DNA of 63,873 bases, filler included, from Lama guanicoe (lineage: Eukaryota), in the NCBI GenBank assembly GCA_013239625.1. It is 81 parts of 77 records of this genome, joined end to end, with 100 filler letters (N's around TTAATTAATTAA, not from the genome) between each part and the next. Parts side by side here need not be neighbours in the genome. Positions count along the whole stretch, not along the records: positions 49,616 to 50,547 come from PNXV01009366.1; positions 50,648 to 51,134 come from PNXV01009368.1; positions 51,235 to 52,018 come from PNXV01009371.1; positions 52,119 to 52,544 come from PNXV01009372.1; positions 52,645 to 53,032 come from MU054722.1; positions 53,133 to 53,634 come from MU054722.1; positions 53,735 to 54,482 come from PNXV01009375.1; positions 54,583 to 55,019 come from PNXV01009376.1; 73 more parts are not named here. One strand, 5' to 3'. The notes beneath the pieces were generated by a model that worked only from the letters and a program-made list of their open reading frames with translations, was not told where the DNA came from and made no database searches. Positions 49,767 to 61,904 of this stretch are shown in pieces (the first letter of the stretch is position 1; every line of letters begins with the position of its first letter). The position numbers and the translations under genes are program-made.

Positions 49767-50647
49767 GTAAAGTCTGATTGTATACATCTTCTTGCATGTA
49801 AACTTCCAACAGGAACATAGAGTGAAGAATTTTTTAAAAGAGGTTGAGAAAAATATTTCTTACTACTTCTAGGTTCTATATTATGCTACTGAAAATGTTC
49901 ATAGCCAAAGATGCAAAATTGGGAAGAGAATTTGCCTTAGAAAGTTTAATAAACTGAATGTATTATGTTAAAAAAAATGAAACCACTGGAAAATTGTCAT
50001 AAATTTTTAAGGCAAACAAGCAATCTATTTCTGGAATTAAAAAAAAAAAAACTCGACCGAAAATATTTTATACTTCAGCTACTGGCTAATAAAAATGATA
50101 CCTTCTCTTTCCTAACTACTGATTTGGGTTTCTGGTTTTAAAGGAATTATCTGGTTTTAAAGGAATTACTTGTGGATCTATCCAACATTGTAGAAGACAC
50201 ATAGAATGCACATGACACCACAAAGGTGAGTCTAGCAGAGACTAATTTATTCTTTTCTAAAAATACATTATATTCTGAATTGGTATACATACCTTACGTA
50301 TACATACCTTACATTTACATACTTGAATCTCTTCTACATCATCCCTGCTAAATGCTTATTTGGACCTGTGGTTACAATAACTCCAAGTTGTCCCTAAGGA
50401 AAGCCCATTCCACCTTTAAACAACTCCATTAAGTGTTGTTTACATAGAAACATTATATTTTATAAGCTAGGCATTTTATAAAAATTAAGTAGAGACAGCC
50501 CTTGCCATCTGTAGTTTATAACCTTTACTTCTCCCAGTTTAATACATNNNNNNNNNNNNNNNNNNNNNNNNNNNNNNNNNNNNNNNNNNNNTTAATTAAT
50601 TAANNNNNNNNNNNNNNNNNNNNNNNNNNNNNNNNNNNNNNNNNNNN

Positions 50648-51134
50648 AAAGCCAGTCTTTTTAATAAGTGATACTGGGAAAACTGGACAACTACATGGAG
50701 AACAATGAACATTTTCTTACATGATATCCAAAAATAAACTCAAAATAGAGATCTAAGTGTAAGACCAGAAACCATAAAACTCTAAGAAGAAAAGGAGAAC
50801 ACTCTTTGACATAAATTGTAGCCATAGTTATGTTTGGATCTGTCTCCTAGTGCAAAGGAAGCAAAAGTGAACAGATGGGACTCATTAAACTTAGAAGCTT
50901 TTCCACAGCAAAGAAAACCAAATCTGCACAAAAGAGCAAAATACTGAACTGGAGAAAACATTTGCAAATGACATGCCTGATAAGGGGTTAATATCCAGAA
51001 CAGACAAACAGCTCATAGAACTCAATCTCAAGAAACCAAATAATCTGATTTAAAAATGGCAGAAGAAGTGAACAGATGTTTTTTTCCAAAGAATACATAC
51101 AGGTGACCAACAGACACATGAAAAGATGCTCAAC
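50648..51134 (+). mobile_element. LINE-1 ORF2 3' fragment
   Basis: tactgggaaaactggacaactacatg, atgggactcattaaacttagaagcttttccacagcaaag and cagacacatgaaaagatgctcaac. Confidence 0.88.
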
Positions 51135-51533
51135 NNNNNNNNNNNNNNNNNNNNNNNNNNNNNNNNNNNNNNNNNNNNTTAATTAATTAANNNNNNNNNN
51201 NNNNNNNNNNNNNNNNNNNNNNNNNNNNNNNNNNAGTAGTAGTTGAGCAGTAAGGTAACTAGAGAATGCCTGATACACGCTGCAATAGAAGCAAAGGTTC
51301 TTGGAACCAGCAATGTCTGAAGTGAGTTTCAGAGAATGACTTCACAGGGAAACTTTGGAAGAGGTCAAGAAGGAACCTTTTAAAGAGAAGGAGCACAGAG
51401 GGGTGAGGAGGAAGGGGCTACTTTTTATTTACTTTATAGTGTATGTTTAAGTTCAGAGACTTAAGTTTTTAAATTCAGTTTTGAAATGTATATGTAATTT
51501 TGTACATTGTCAACTGTTTTTACTATTTTACAG

Positions 51534-51640
51534 TATAACTTCACACCATTTTTACTCGCTGTCAGTGATAACAAAGAAGAAATGGTCAAATTTTTGATAG
51601 AGAATGGGGCAAATGTACATGCAGTCAACAAGTTGCAAAG
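51534..51640 (+). CDS. 107-bp ankyrin-repeat exon of an ANKRD26/POTE-family gene
   Basis: tttttactattttacag acceptor, open frame YNFTPFLLAVSDNKEEMVKFLIENGANVHAVNKLQ+AG, GTACAA donor. TPxLLA...LIENGANV ankyrin consensus; 107-bp phase 0-2 exon is typical of the family. Confidence 0.88.
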
Positions 51641-52126
51641 GTACAATAGTTTGTTCTCCTCTCTCTCTTTTTTTTTTTAGATCTTAATGTTGTTCTAGAG
51701 TAGTAACAGCCAATCAGAAAGATTAACTTAATAAGAAGAGGATTAACTTAGAATCAACACATCATCAGATAGAAAAGCAATTATTCTGCCTGGGTGTCAC
51801 AAAGAACAGTATGCAGCAGGATTCATCTTCCTTTATGATAGTGACTGATGTCATTTGCAACCTGATTTTTTGGTCATATGATCTTACAATAGTTCAGGGA
51901 TTTCATTTTAGTTTTATTAGAATGGACTCTAATTTTAATTTACCTTATGAGACAGTGTTGAATTTCTTGATTCTTTTATAATTTGTTTTAACCTCTTCTT
52001 GGTATATATTTTTTTCTTNNNNNNNNNNNNNNNNNNNNNNNNNNNNNNNNNNNNNNNNNNNNTTAATTAATTAANNNNNNNNNNNNNNNNNNNNNNNNNN
52101 NNNNNNNNNNNNNNNNNNTATTGAAT

Positions 52127-52530
52127 CTGCACACTTCTGGGCCTGCACGCCCCTGGACCTGCGCACACCTGGGCCTGCACGAACGTTGGCCTGTACACTC
52201 CTGTATCTGCTCACTCCTGTGACTGCATACTCCTGGGCCTGCAAACTCCTGGGCCTGTACACCCCTGGGCCGGCCCTGGCCTGAGCCTGAACCCCCCTGG
52301 GCCTGCACACTCCTCTGTCTGCACACTACTGGGCCTTCCCTCTCTTAGGACCTGTGCACACCTGGGCCTGCACGAACATTGGCCTGTACACTCCTGGGCT
52401 TCCACACTCCTGTACCTGCTCCCTCCTGTGACTACATACTCCTCGGCCTACAAACTGCTGGTCCTGAACACTCCTGGGCCTGAACACTATTGGCACTGCA
52501 CACTCCTGGGTCTGCACACTCCTTGGCCTG
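52127..52530 (+). repeat. 16-bp GC-rich minisatellite (consensus CCTGCACACTCCTGGG)
   Basis: About 25 degenerate tandem units. Confidence 0.88.
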
Positions 52531-52644
52531 TTCCGTATTGTGACNNNNNNNNNNNNNNNNNNNNNNNNNNNNNNNNNNNNNNNNNNNNTTAATTAATTAA
52601 NNNNNNNNNNNNNNNNNNNNNNNNNNNNNNNNNNNNNNNNNNNN

Positions 52645-53032
52645 TAAGAGTCCCAGATGGAAAAGCAAGAGATAAAGGAACAAAAAATGTCTGGAAATTT
52701 ATCTGTAGAAATATCAGACTGAAAGTTGCTGAAAGCCAAGAACGTATTATCTATGTGAATTCAGGAATTACACAGCATCCAAAGGAGGTGGAACCCCAAT
52801 AGACCTACCAGCAGCTGTATGATTCAAATCAACAAAGTTCACGAATATCCCAGTGATTTAAAATGCACCTGGAGGAAACAACATAGTCACAAGGGAACCA
52901 AAAAACAGCAAATCTTAATTCAGCAGTTCAAAACTTATCCTACAAGTATGGTTGAGAAATCTACCCTGAATAGAAAAGCAGCAAGATGAAATGGAAAGAA
53001 GAAACCATTATTGGAAATGCAAGAAAAGAAGA
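52645..53032 (+). mobile_element. Highly degraded LINE-1 ORF1 fragment
   Basis: ataagagtcccaga-like start, attcaggaattacacagcatcc, aaccccaatagacctacc and gtcacaagggaacc resemble ORF1 RRM-region motifs. Confidence 0.5.
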
Positions 53033-54776
53033 NNNNNNNNNNNNNNNNNNNNNNNNNNNNNNNNNNNNNNNNNNNNTTAATTAATTAANNNNNNNNNNNN
53101 NNNNNNNNNNNNNNNNNNNNNNNNNNNNNNNNAAGCAGGAAATCATAGGTGATTGGAAGCACTCTCTTAAGTGAATCAGCCTTTTTGACTCTCTGTTTGA
53201 AGCGAAAGGAAAGATTCATAGCCTGACGTGTTTGCCAAATTAGCGAGAAGCAGACCAACAAAAATCAAACCAAGGAACAAGCACCAAAACTTTATGGATG
53301 GCTGAAATTTACTAAGGGAACCATGATTATTCAAAAGAAAATACCCAAGGTGATGTCAAGGGTTATTCAGCAACCATCGACTTAGTATTGCGGCTTGCAT
53401 GTACTCAGCGCACTTGTATTCGGAAATCAGAGGCGTGCATTCATATTCGTAAATATTGATTCATAAGAGCATATCGTGACCTAACCCATATGCCGATTTG
53501 GAATCAAATGGATTCCTAGTCCGTGATGTAAAATTTTATGTCTTCTAACAGGATGAAGGAATGCCATATTCTACGCTAGGTAGGAAAGAAATGAAAGAAG
53601 CCTATAACAAAGGCAAGTAGCGCTGCCAAAGTGTNNNNNNNNNNNNNNNNNNNNNNNNNNNNNNNNNNNNNNNNNNNNTTAATTAATTAANNNNNNNNNN
53701 NNNNNNNNNNNNNNNNNNNNNNNNNNNNNNNNNNATTTAATGTGAGGCACACAGTGATAAGTACAGTGTGAGGGCAGAGTCATGAGAGAGACATTACATC
53801 CCCCAGGCGCTCAGAGAGGGCTTCATGGGAAATGGGTATTTGAATTGAACCTTCAACGGCGTGGGATTTGAGCATGTGGAGTTGGGGCTTGCATTTCGCG
53901 GTCCATGTAGGATTTGTGTAAAGGCTGTTGCTGACACAGTGGAGGACCTTTCCTACCACGGTCTGGCTGCAGACTCAGCTTCATTTCTCAAGTGGATCAG
54001 TCTGATACCGAACCTTTGTAAAAGCTGACTGAGTGCATGGTGTTATTCAGTCTCAGACTCGCTGGACCCTGAGAAGTTACAGGCCAGTTTCATTGCTGTG
54101 TGGTGATCTATTAAGATCAGGGAGAGAGATTAGAAGATCTGAGCGAGGGGTTCCTTGATACATGACTTTGGATTCTCCTGCAGAATGTCAGATGTCCAAA
54201 GAACGTTGGCGGTGAGCGCTGAGATGAGATCTTTTCAGAGCTCAATGATTCTAATGAGTGCCGAAATGCTAACTTTTAGGTAGTCACTTAAAACCTACCT
54301 TTTAGGCCCTGAGGTGATCCACGGATGATTGAGATCAGTACCTCTCAGATTCTTCGTGTTTGTCATACAGGTTCGGATACTTGACTTAGGGGGGCACGCG
54401 GAGAGGATTTGGGTTGACTGTGGAAGTTGTCGCGGCAGAGAGCACTTGGGTCTCCCATCAGCCTCTGTCGTCATCTCAGTAGNNNNNNNNNNNNNNNNNN
54501 NNNNNNNNNNNNNNNNNNNNNNNNNNTTAATTAATTAANNNNNNNNNNNNNNNNNNNNNNNNNNNNNNNNNNNNNNNNNNNNACACAGCTTAACAACCAT
54601 AACAACAAAAAGACAAATGTGAGAGTGAAGATAAAATGGAGATTCAATACTTAAATGAAATCAGGGGGAGGTAAAGACATAAAAACGAATGCCATGATGT
54701 CAGGGTAAGTGTTAAAGGCCCAGTAGAAATTCAGCTGTAAGATTCTTGGCAGCTAAAGCAAAAAGGAAAAGATGAT

Positions 54777-54900
54777 GGGGCAGGTGGTAGAGCGTGTGCT
54801 TAGCGTGCACGGGGTCCTGGGTTCAAGCGCCAGGGCCTCCACAAAAAAATACACCGTATACCTACCCCCCAAAAGAGCCCCAAAGAAAAGAAAAAGAGAA
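54777..54900 (+). mobile_element. Diverged or 5'-damaged tRNA-derived SINE (Vic-1-like)
   Basis: caggtggtagagcgtgtgcttagcgtgcacggggtcctgggttcaagcgccagggcctcc followed by an A-rich tail. Confidence 0.8.
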
Positions 54901-55119
54901 ATTTCTTTCCTAAAAATACCTGATATTAAATATAGATTAAATACTTCAAAAAAAAAAAAGAAATATAGTCAAAGATGATTGACACAAGCGATAATGGCCG
55001 TGATATAAATCTGCAGTGGNNNNNNNNNNNNNNNNNNNNNNNNNNNNNNNNNNNNNNNNNNNNTTAATTAATTAANNNNNNNNNNNNNNNNNNNNNNNNN
55101 NNNNNNNNNNNNNNNNNNN

Positions 55120-55527
55120 TACAAAATTCAATTCATGTAATACACCATATTAATAGAAAAATGGATAGGAACTAGGAATAGAAGAGAACTTCCTCAACTT
55201 GACAGAGAACATCAGTGAAAAACCTGGAGCAAAGATCATACATAATGTTGAAAGACTGAATTATTTCCTCCCACAATCAACATTGTACTAGAGATTCTAG
55301 TCAAAGCAACCAGACAAAGAAAATAAAGACTCTAGATTAGAAAGAAAGAAATAAAACTGTTTCAATTCCAGATGACATGATATTATATATTGAAATCACA
55401 AGGAATCCACAAAGGAAAAAAAACAGAGAAAAGAAAAAAAATCCTATTAAAATTAATAACCCAGTCTGATCAAAATTTTAAGACACAAATCAATATATAT
55501 AAAGTAATTATATTTCTATACAACAGC
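55120..55527 (+). mobile_element. Old LINE-1 RT-domain fragment
   Basis: tcaacattgtactagagattctag and ttccagatgacatgatattatat (degenerate FADD motif). Confidence 0.8.
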
Positions 55528-55627
55528 NNNNNNNNNNNNNNNNNNNNNNNNNNNNNNNNNNNNNNNNNNNNTTAATTAATTAANNNNNNNNNNNNNNNNN
55601 NNNNNNNNNNNNNNNNNNNNNNNNNNN

Positions 55628-56583
55628 TTCTCCACATGCTCACTTCTGAGAGATAAGTGTGTGTGAAAGCCGTCCTCAAACTAGCTTGAATGGAACAAAA
55701 GTTTCTATTCAGTTGCAACCTCCACTACATACATATATATGGGGATGTACAAGCTCCAACTCGGGTTTTTACTGAAGACGGCAGGAAATTCAAACCGGCA
55801 CTAGGAAACAGCCTGAGAATCCAGAGTAAGTGTTTCTCCTGCAACCCGATCCCTTTGTACTGGATTAACGAACGTCCTCTACACATGCTCAGTCTGAGAG
55901 ATATGTGTGTGTGAAAACCGTCCTTCACATAACTTGAAGGGAACACAAAGATTCCTTTCATTTGCAAACTCCACTACATACATGTTTATGGGGAGATTCA
56001 AGCTCCAACTCGGTTTTACTGTGAAGATTGCACTAACTTCAAACCGGCACTAGGAAATAGACTGAGAAACAAGAGAAAGTGTTTTTCCTGCAACCCGTTC
56101 CCTTCGTGCTGGATGAACGAATATCTCTCCACATGCTCATTTCTGAGAGATAAGTGTCTGTGAAAGCCTTCCTTCACCTATCTTGAAGGGAACCCAAAGT
56201 TTCTTTTCAGTTGCAAACACCACTACATACATATATAAGGGGAGGTCCAAGCTCCAACACGTATTTATAGTCAAAATATCAGCAACTTCAAACAGGCACT
56301 AGGAAACAGACTGAGAATCCAGAGTATGTGTTTCTCCTGCAACATGTCCCTTTGCGCTGGATGAACGAACATCTCTCCACATGCTCAGTTCTGAGAGATA
56401 AGTGTGTGTGAAAGCCGTACTTCACCTAGATTGAAGGAAACACAAAGTTTCTTTTCAGTTGCAAAATCCAATATATACGTATATATGCGGAGGTACAAGC
56501 TCCAACTCGGTTTTACAGTTAAGAAGGCAGGAAATTCAAACCGGCACTAGGAAACAGACTGAAAATCCAGAGTAAGTGTTTCT
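55628..56583 (+). repeat. ~249-bp satellite (family C), about 3.8 monomers
   Basis: actaggaaa anchor at 55800, 56049, 56298 and 56546. Confidence 0.93.
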
Positions 56584-56683
56584 NNNNNNNNNNNNNNNNN
56601 NNNNNNNNNNNNNNNNNNNNNNNNNNNTTAATTAATTAANNNNNNNNNNNNNNNNNNNNNNNNNNNNNNNNNNNNNNNNNNNN

Positions 56684-57384
56684 ATTTCCTCTCTGATCTT
56701 TGTTATTTCTTTCCTTCTGCTGACTGTAGACTGTTCTTCTAATTCTTTTAGATGGAAGGTTAGGTTATTCAAGATTTTTCTTGTTTCTTGAGGTAAGCTG
56801 GTGACTGTATGAACTTGACTCTCAGAACTGCTTTTGCTGCTTCCCATAGATTTTTGGAAACTTGTGTTTCCATTTTCACTTATCTTGAGGTATTTTCTGA
56901 TTTCTTCTTTGAGTTCTTCATCGACGCNNNNNNNNNNNNNNNNNNNNNNNNNNNNNNNNNNNNNNNNNNNNNNNNNNNNNNNNNNNNNNNNNNNNNNNNN
57001 NNNNNNNNNNNNNNNNNNNNNNNNNNNNNNNNNNNNNNNNNNNNNNNNNNNNNNNNNNNNNNNNNNNNNNNNNNNNNNNNNNNNNNNNNNNNNNNNNNNN
57101 NNNNNNNNNNNNNNNNNNNNNNNNNNNNNNNNNNNNNNNNNNNNNNNNNNNNNNNNNNNNNNNNNNNNNNNNNNNNNNNNNNNNNNNNNNNNNNNNNNNN
57201 NNNNNNNNNNNNNNNNNNNNNNNNNNNNNNNNNNNNNNNNNNNNNNNNNNNNNNNNNNTAATAAAATGAATTGTCCAACTATGGTTAATTATTTTTATAT
57301 TTCTCCTTGTATTGCTATTAGCTTTTGCTTTAATATCAGTTAAGGCTGTTTGCAAAGGTATATACAATTTCATAGCTTAGCTTT
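56684..57384 (-). mobile_element. LINE-1 ORF2 fragments
   Basis: NNLTFHLKELEEQSTVSRRKEITKIREE on the minus strand. Confidence 0.85.
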
Positions 57385-57485
57385 TNNNNNNNNNNNNNNN
57401 NNNNNNNNNNNNNNNNNNNNNNNNNNNNNTTAATTAATTAANNNNNNNNNNNNNNNNNNNNNNNNNNNNNNNNNNNNNNNNNNNN

Positions 57486-58022
57486 ACGGAATGCAGAATA
57501 TAGAATACAGTGTATAGAATATAGAACACAGAATTTAGAATATGGAAATCAGAATATAGGACCCAGAATATAGAACATGGAATGCAGAGCACAGAATATA
57601 GAATATAGAATAGAGAATACAGAATATAGAATTTAGAATATATATTTAATAACACAGAATACAGAATATAGTATAGGGAATGCAGAATATAGTATATAGA
57701 ATATAGAATGAAGAACAAAAATATAGAATATAGTAGAGTAAATATAGAATCAGAACTAAGAACACGAAATGCAGAACACAGAATTTAGAATATAAGAATA
57801 TAGAGAATTCTTAATATAAATTTTCGAATATACAATAAGAAATGCAGAATATACGATTCAGAATATAGAATGTAGAACACACAATATAGAATATTGCATA
57901 CAGTATATGGAACCCAAAATTTAGCACATGGAATGCAGAACACAGAATTAAGAATATAGTATACAGAATCCATAATATCGAATTTAGAGTATAGAAAGCA
58001 GAACACAGAATTTAGAAAATAG
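57486..58022 (+). repeat. Heptameric satellite
   Basis: 7-bp periodicity. Confidence 0.95.
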
Positions 58023-58717
58023 NNNNNNNNNNNNNNNNNNNNNNNNNNNNNNNNNNNNNNNNNNNNTTAATTAATTAANNNNNNNNNNNNNNNNNNNNNN
58101 NNNNNNNNNNNNNNNNNNNNNNGGAACCACCAATCTCCCTTTTAATATAAAATTTAACTTGTGTTTATTTTGAGATGTAATTGCTGTCAATTGCTTAATG
58201 CAAAAGGCAGTTTGGGTTGAGGGAGACTCTCACGTAGTCCACAGAGGAGTTTGACGTCACCCACATCAACTTGCTGCAGCAGCAAACCCCTGCTTCCTGT
58301 TCTGAGGCGGCAGCAGCACAGAGACCAGTGAGTCTCCCCTCATCCTGTNNNNNNNNNNNNNNNNNNNNNNNNNNNNNNNNNNNNNNNNGTGGCAGACCTG
58401 AAACATGCTTCTCTCCAGCCTTCTGAAGGTGGCCATGGCTTCATGCTGGCTAGGTAGGGGTGGTCCCAGGGGGACTGTGCCTCCTCTATGACCTGAAGAC
58501 TGAGGGTAGCATTCTTATGGGTACCTCGGGAAGGAAAGTGTAGTAGGGTGTAAAATAGAATTTCTTTGTTCCACAGTGTTTATTCCTAAATTTCTGATTC
58601 CTTGTTTATTTCTTCAGNNNNNNNNNNNNNNNNNNNNNNNNNNNNNNNNNNNNNNNNNNNNTTAATTAATTAANNNNNNNNNNNNNNNNNNNNNNNNNNN
58701 NNNNNNNNNNNNNNNNN

Positions 58718-59268
58718 ATCAAGGGGAGAAGTTACACACTTGAACACACAGATCACCAGAATTGGATAGAATTATCAATAAAAAAAAAAAATCTCTGCAA
58801 AGAAAATTCAAACGCAAATAGCTTCAACGGTGATATTGATGAAATATACAAAGAAAAATCCATACCAGTCCTCCTCAAACTCTTCCAAATGATTGATAGG
58901 GAGATAGTACTCCCAAACTCACACCATAAGGCCAAGAGCAACTTGATACCAAAACCAGACAAAGACACTACCCAAAAAGAAAACTATAGNNNNNNNNNNN
59001 NATAGAAGGAAAATCCTTGAGAAATTATTAACAAACAAAATCCAAATGCATGTAAAAAAAAGACCATGAACCATCGACAAGTTAGGTTCATCCCAGGAAC
59101 ACAAGGATGGTTGAACATATTCAAATCAATCAATCAATTGTGATACTCCGTACCAAAAAAAGAGAAGACAAAAATGATATGATCATATCAGTAGGTGCAG
59201 AAAAAGCATTTGACAAAAATTAACATCTATTTGCAATAAAATTTCTTATCACAGTGGGTATAGAGGGA
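58718..59268 (+). mobile_element. LINE-1 ORF2 Z/RT-start fragment
   Basis: ttgataccaaaaccagacaaagacac, caagttaggttcatcccaggaacacaaggatgg and gcagaaaaagcatttgacaaaa (AEKAFDK). Confidence 0.88.
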
Positions 59269-59915
59269 NNNNNNNNNNNNNNNNNNNNNNNNNNNNNNNN
59301 NNNNNNNNNNNNTTAATTAATTAANNNNNNNNNNNNNNNNNNNNNNNNNNNNNNNNNNNNNNNNNNNNGAAAACTTTAGACTCTTGTCTCTACAAAATTC
59401 TATGGGATTTCTGTGAGAACAATTTCTCCTAGACATTGATGCCATGTCCTTTTGTTTTGTGTGTTGTCTGGTCTATCTCCACTTGCTGGTGTTGCCTTTG
59501 TTGTGATGAACACCCCTTACTATTTCGATTAGCATAACCTCATTTTGATTACGCTTATCTCCCAATTCTGAAAGTGCACAGGACACTTCCTCTGGTGGAA
59601 ATGAAGCTTCTAAAGGTTCTCAGGTCTGCATTCGGCTCTATGTCATTTTGGAGTGTTTCCAAAACTGCAAACTACGAGTGCGTTTGTGCTTTCTTGTGCC
59701 ATGGGTATGTCCCAATGGATCATAGCTTCTCTGTCTACAGAAACACCAGTGGAAACATATCTATTTATGTCATACATCAGGGCCTGCTGGAATGATCCTG
59801 CAGACCAACCTTGGTNNNNNNNNNNNNNNNNNNNNNNNNNNNNNNNNNNNNNNNNNNNNTTAATTAATTAANNNNNNNNNNNNNNNNNNNNNNNNNNNNN
59901 NNNNNNNNNNNNNNN

Positions 59916-60634
59916 CAGGGACCACCTGATGGGGAAATGATAGTCTTTCCAACAAATGGTACTCGGAAAGCTGCATAAACACTTATAGAATAATTAAATT
60001 GAATCCCTATCTTACCCTACTCACGAAAATTAACTTGAAATGGACAAAGCCCAAACACAAGACCTGATACCATAAAACTGCTAGAAGAAAATGCAGAAAA
60101 GAAGCTGTTCAACAGTTATCTTGGATTGGAAGAATTAATATTGTTAAAATAGCCATAATACCCAAAGGAATCTACAGATTTAATGTGATCCCTATCAAGT
60201 TACTCAGGATATTTTTCAAGAACTAGAACAAATCATGCTAAAATTTAAATGAAATCACAAATAAAAGAAATAAGACCCAGAATTGCCAAAGCAATACTGA
60301 AGAAAAAGAATGAAGCTGGAGGAATAATCCCCCCCCCCCACACTTCAGACAATACTACAGAGCTACAGTAATCAGAACAGAATAGTATTGGTACAAAAAC
60401 AGACATACGGATCAATGGAACAGAATAGCCCAGAAATAAACTCACAGACTTTTGGTCAGTTGTTTTTTTTTTTAATACAAAGGAGGCATGAACATACAAT
60501 GGAGTAAAGACAGTCTCTTCACCAAATGGTGCTGGGAAAACTGGAGAGCTGCGTGGAAATTAATGAAGTTAGAATACTCCCTCACCCCCATACACACACA
60601 CACACACACAAACTCAAAATGGCTTAAAGACTTA
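59916..60634 (+). mobile_element. Two juxtaposed LINE-1 ORF2 fragments (older 59916-60120, younger 60121-60634)
   Basis: The same ORF2 region appears twice out of order (agtctttccaacaaatggt at ~59942 and cagtctcttcaccaaatggt at ~60511), consistent with a nested insertion. Confidence 0.8.
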
Positions 60635-60734
60635 NNNNNNNNNNNNNNNNNNNNNNNNNNNNNNNNNNNNNNNNNNNNTTAATTAATTAANNNNNNNNNN
60701 NNNNNNNNNNNNNNNNNNNNNNNNNNNNNNNNNN

Positions 60735-61554
60735 CTAAATTCTGTGTTCTGCATTCTACATTCAATATTTTATATTCAGTATTATGTATTTTATAGTCTA
60801 AACTATGTTTTGTGCATTCCATGTTCTAAATTCTCGTTTCTATATTCTGTTTTCCATATTCTACTTTCTGTGTTCTACATTCTATATTCTGTATTCTATA
60901 TTTTGCATTCCGTATTGTACATTCTATATTCTTTGTCCTACATTCTCTAATCTAAATTCTATATTCAGTATTCTGTATTCTATATTCTAAATTCTGTGTT
61001 CTGCATTCCATGTTCTAAATTCTGGGTTCTATATCCTATACTCTATATTCTATATTCTGTGTTCTATGTTCTAAATTCTAACTGTGTTCTATATTCTAAA
61101 TTCTAAATTCAATATTCAGTATCCCGTATTCTATATTGTATATTCTGGGTTCTGCATTCCATGATCTATAATCCATTATAGGTATTCTGTATTCTATATA
61201 CTTAATAATGAATTCTGCTTTCCATGTTCTAAATTCTGTGTTGTATATTTTCTATTCCATATTCTATATACTATGTTCATCTTTCTATATACTATATTCT
61301 ATATTCTGCATTCCGTAGTCTATATTCTATATTCTGTGTTCTACATTCTATATTCTAAATTCGATATTCAGTATTCTGTATTCTATAATCTAAATTCTGT
61401 GTTCTACATTCCATGTTCTTAATTCTGGGTTCTAATATTCTATTCTATTTTCTATAATTTGGGTTCATAATTCTATAGTCTATATTCTATATTCTGCATT
61501 CCGTTGTCTATATTCTTTATTCTGTGTTCTACATTCTATATTCTAAATTCTATA
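60735..61554 (-). repeat. Heptameric satellite
   Basis: 7-bp periodicity. Confidence 0.95.
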
Positions 61555-61904
61555 NNNNNNNNNNNNNNNNNNNNNNNNNNNNNNNNNNNNNNNNNNNNTT
61601 AATTAATTAANNNNNNNNNNNNNNNNNNNNNNNNNNNNNNNNNNNNNNNNNNNNAAGTTTATGTATAAGATAAAAATCAGGCAGCCTTAGGGGCTTCTGG
61701 CTGCGGCTGTATGAAGAGGTTGGTGAATTCTCTTGGCACAAAAAAATAGAAAAGAAAAAGTATAAGACTGGATAAAATTATTTTTAAAATAAAATAATGT
61801 GTCAGGGGTCTGGAAATTGACCACAGGCCGAAAGCAAATTGGGAAACGTTTATTCTTCACAAATTGCTGAATCTTCAGTTATGAACAGTGGATGTGTCTA
61901 TAAC

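Noticed and set aside
49211..51640. Apparent cluster of NUMT, USP32 exon and ankyrin exon
   Set aside because: They lie on different scaffolds separated by artificial spacers, so proximity is not evidence of linkage.
54240..54315. Possible C/D-box snoRNA or hairpin (atgatt...ctga; aggtag/ctacct)
   Set aside because: C box is imperfect, the stem is only 6 bp and no family is recognised.
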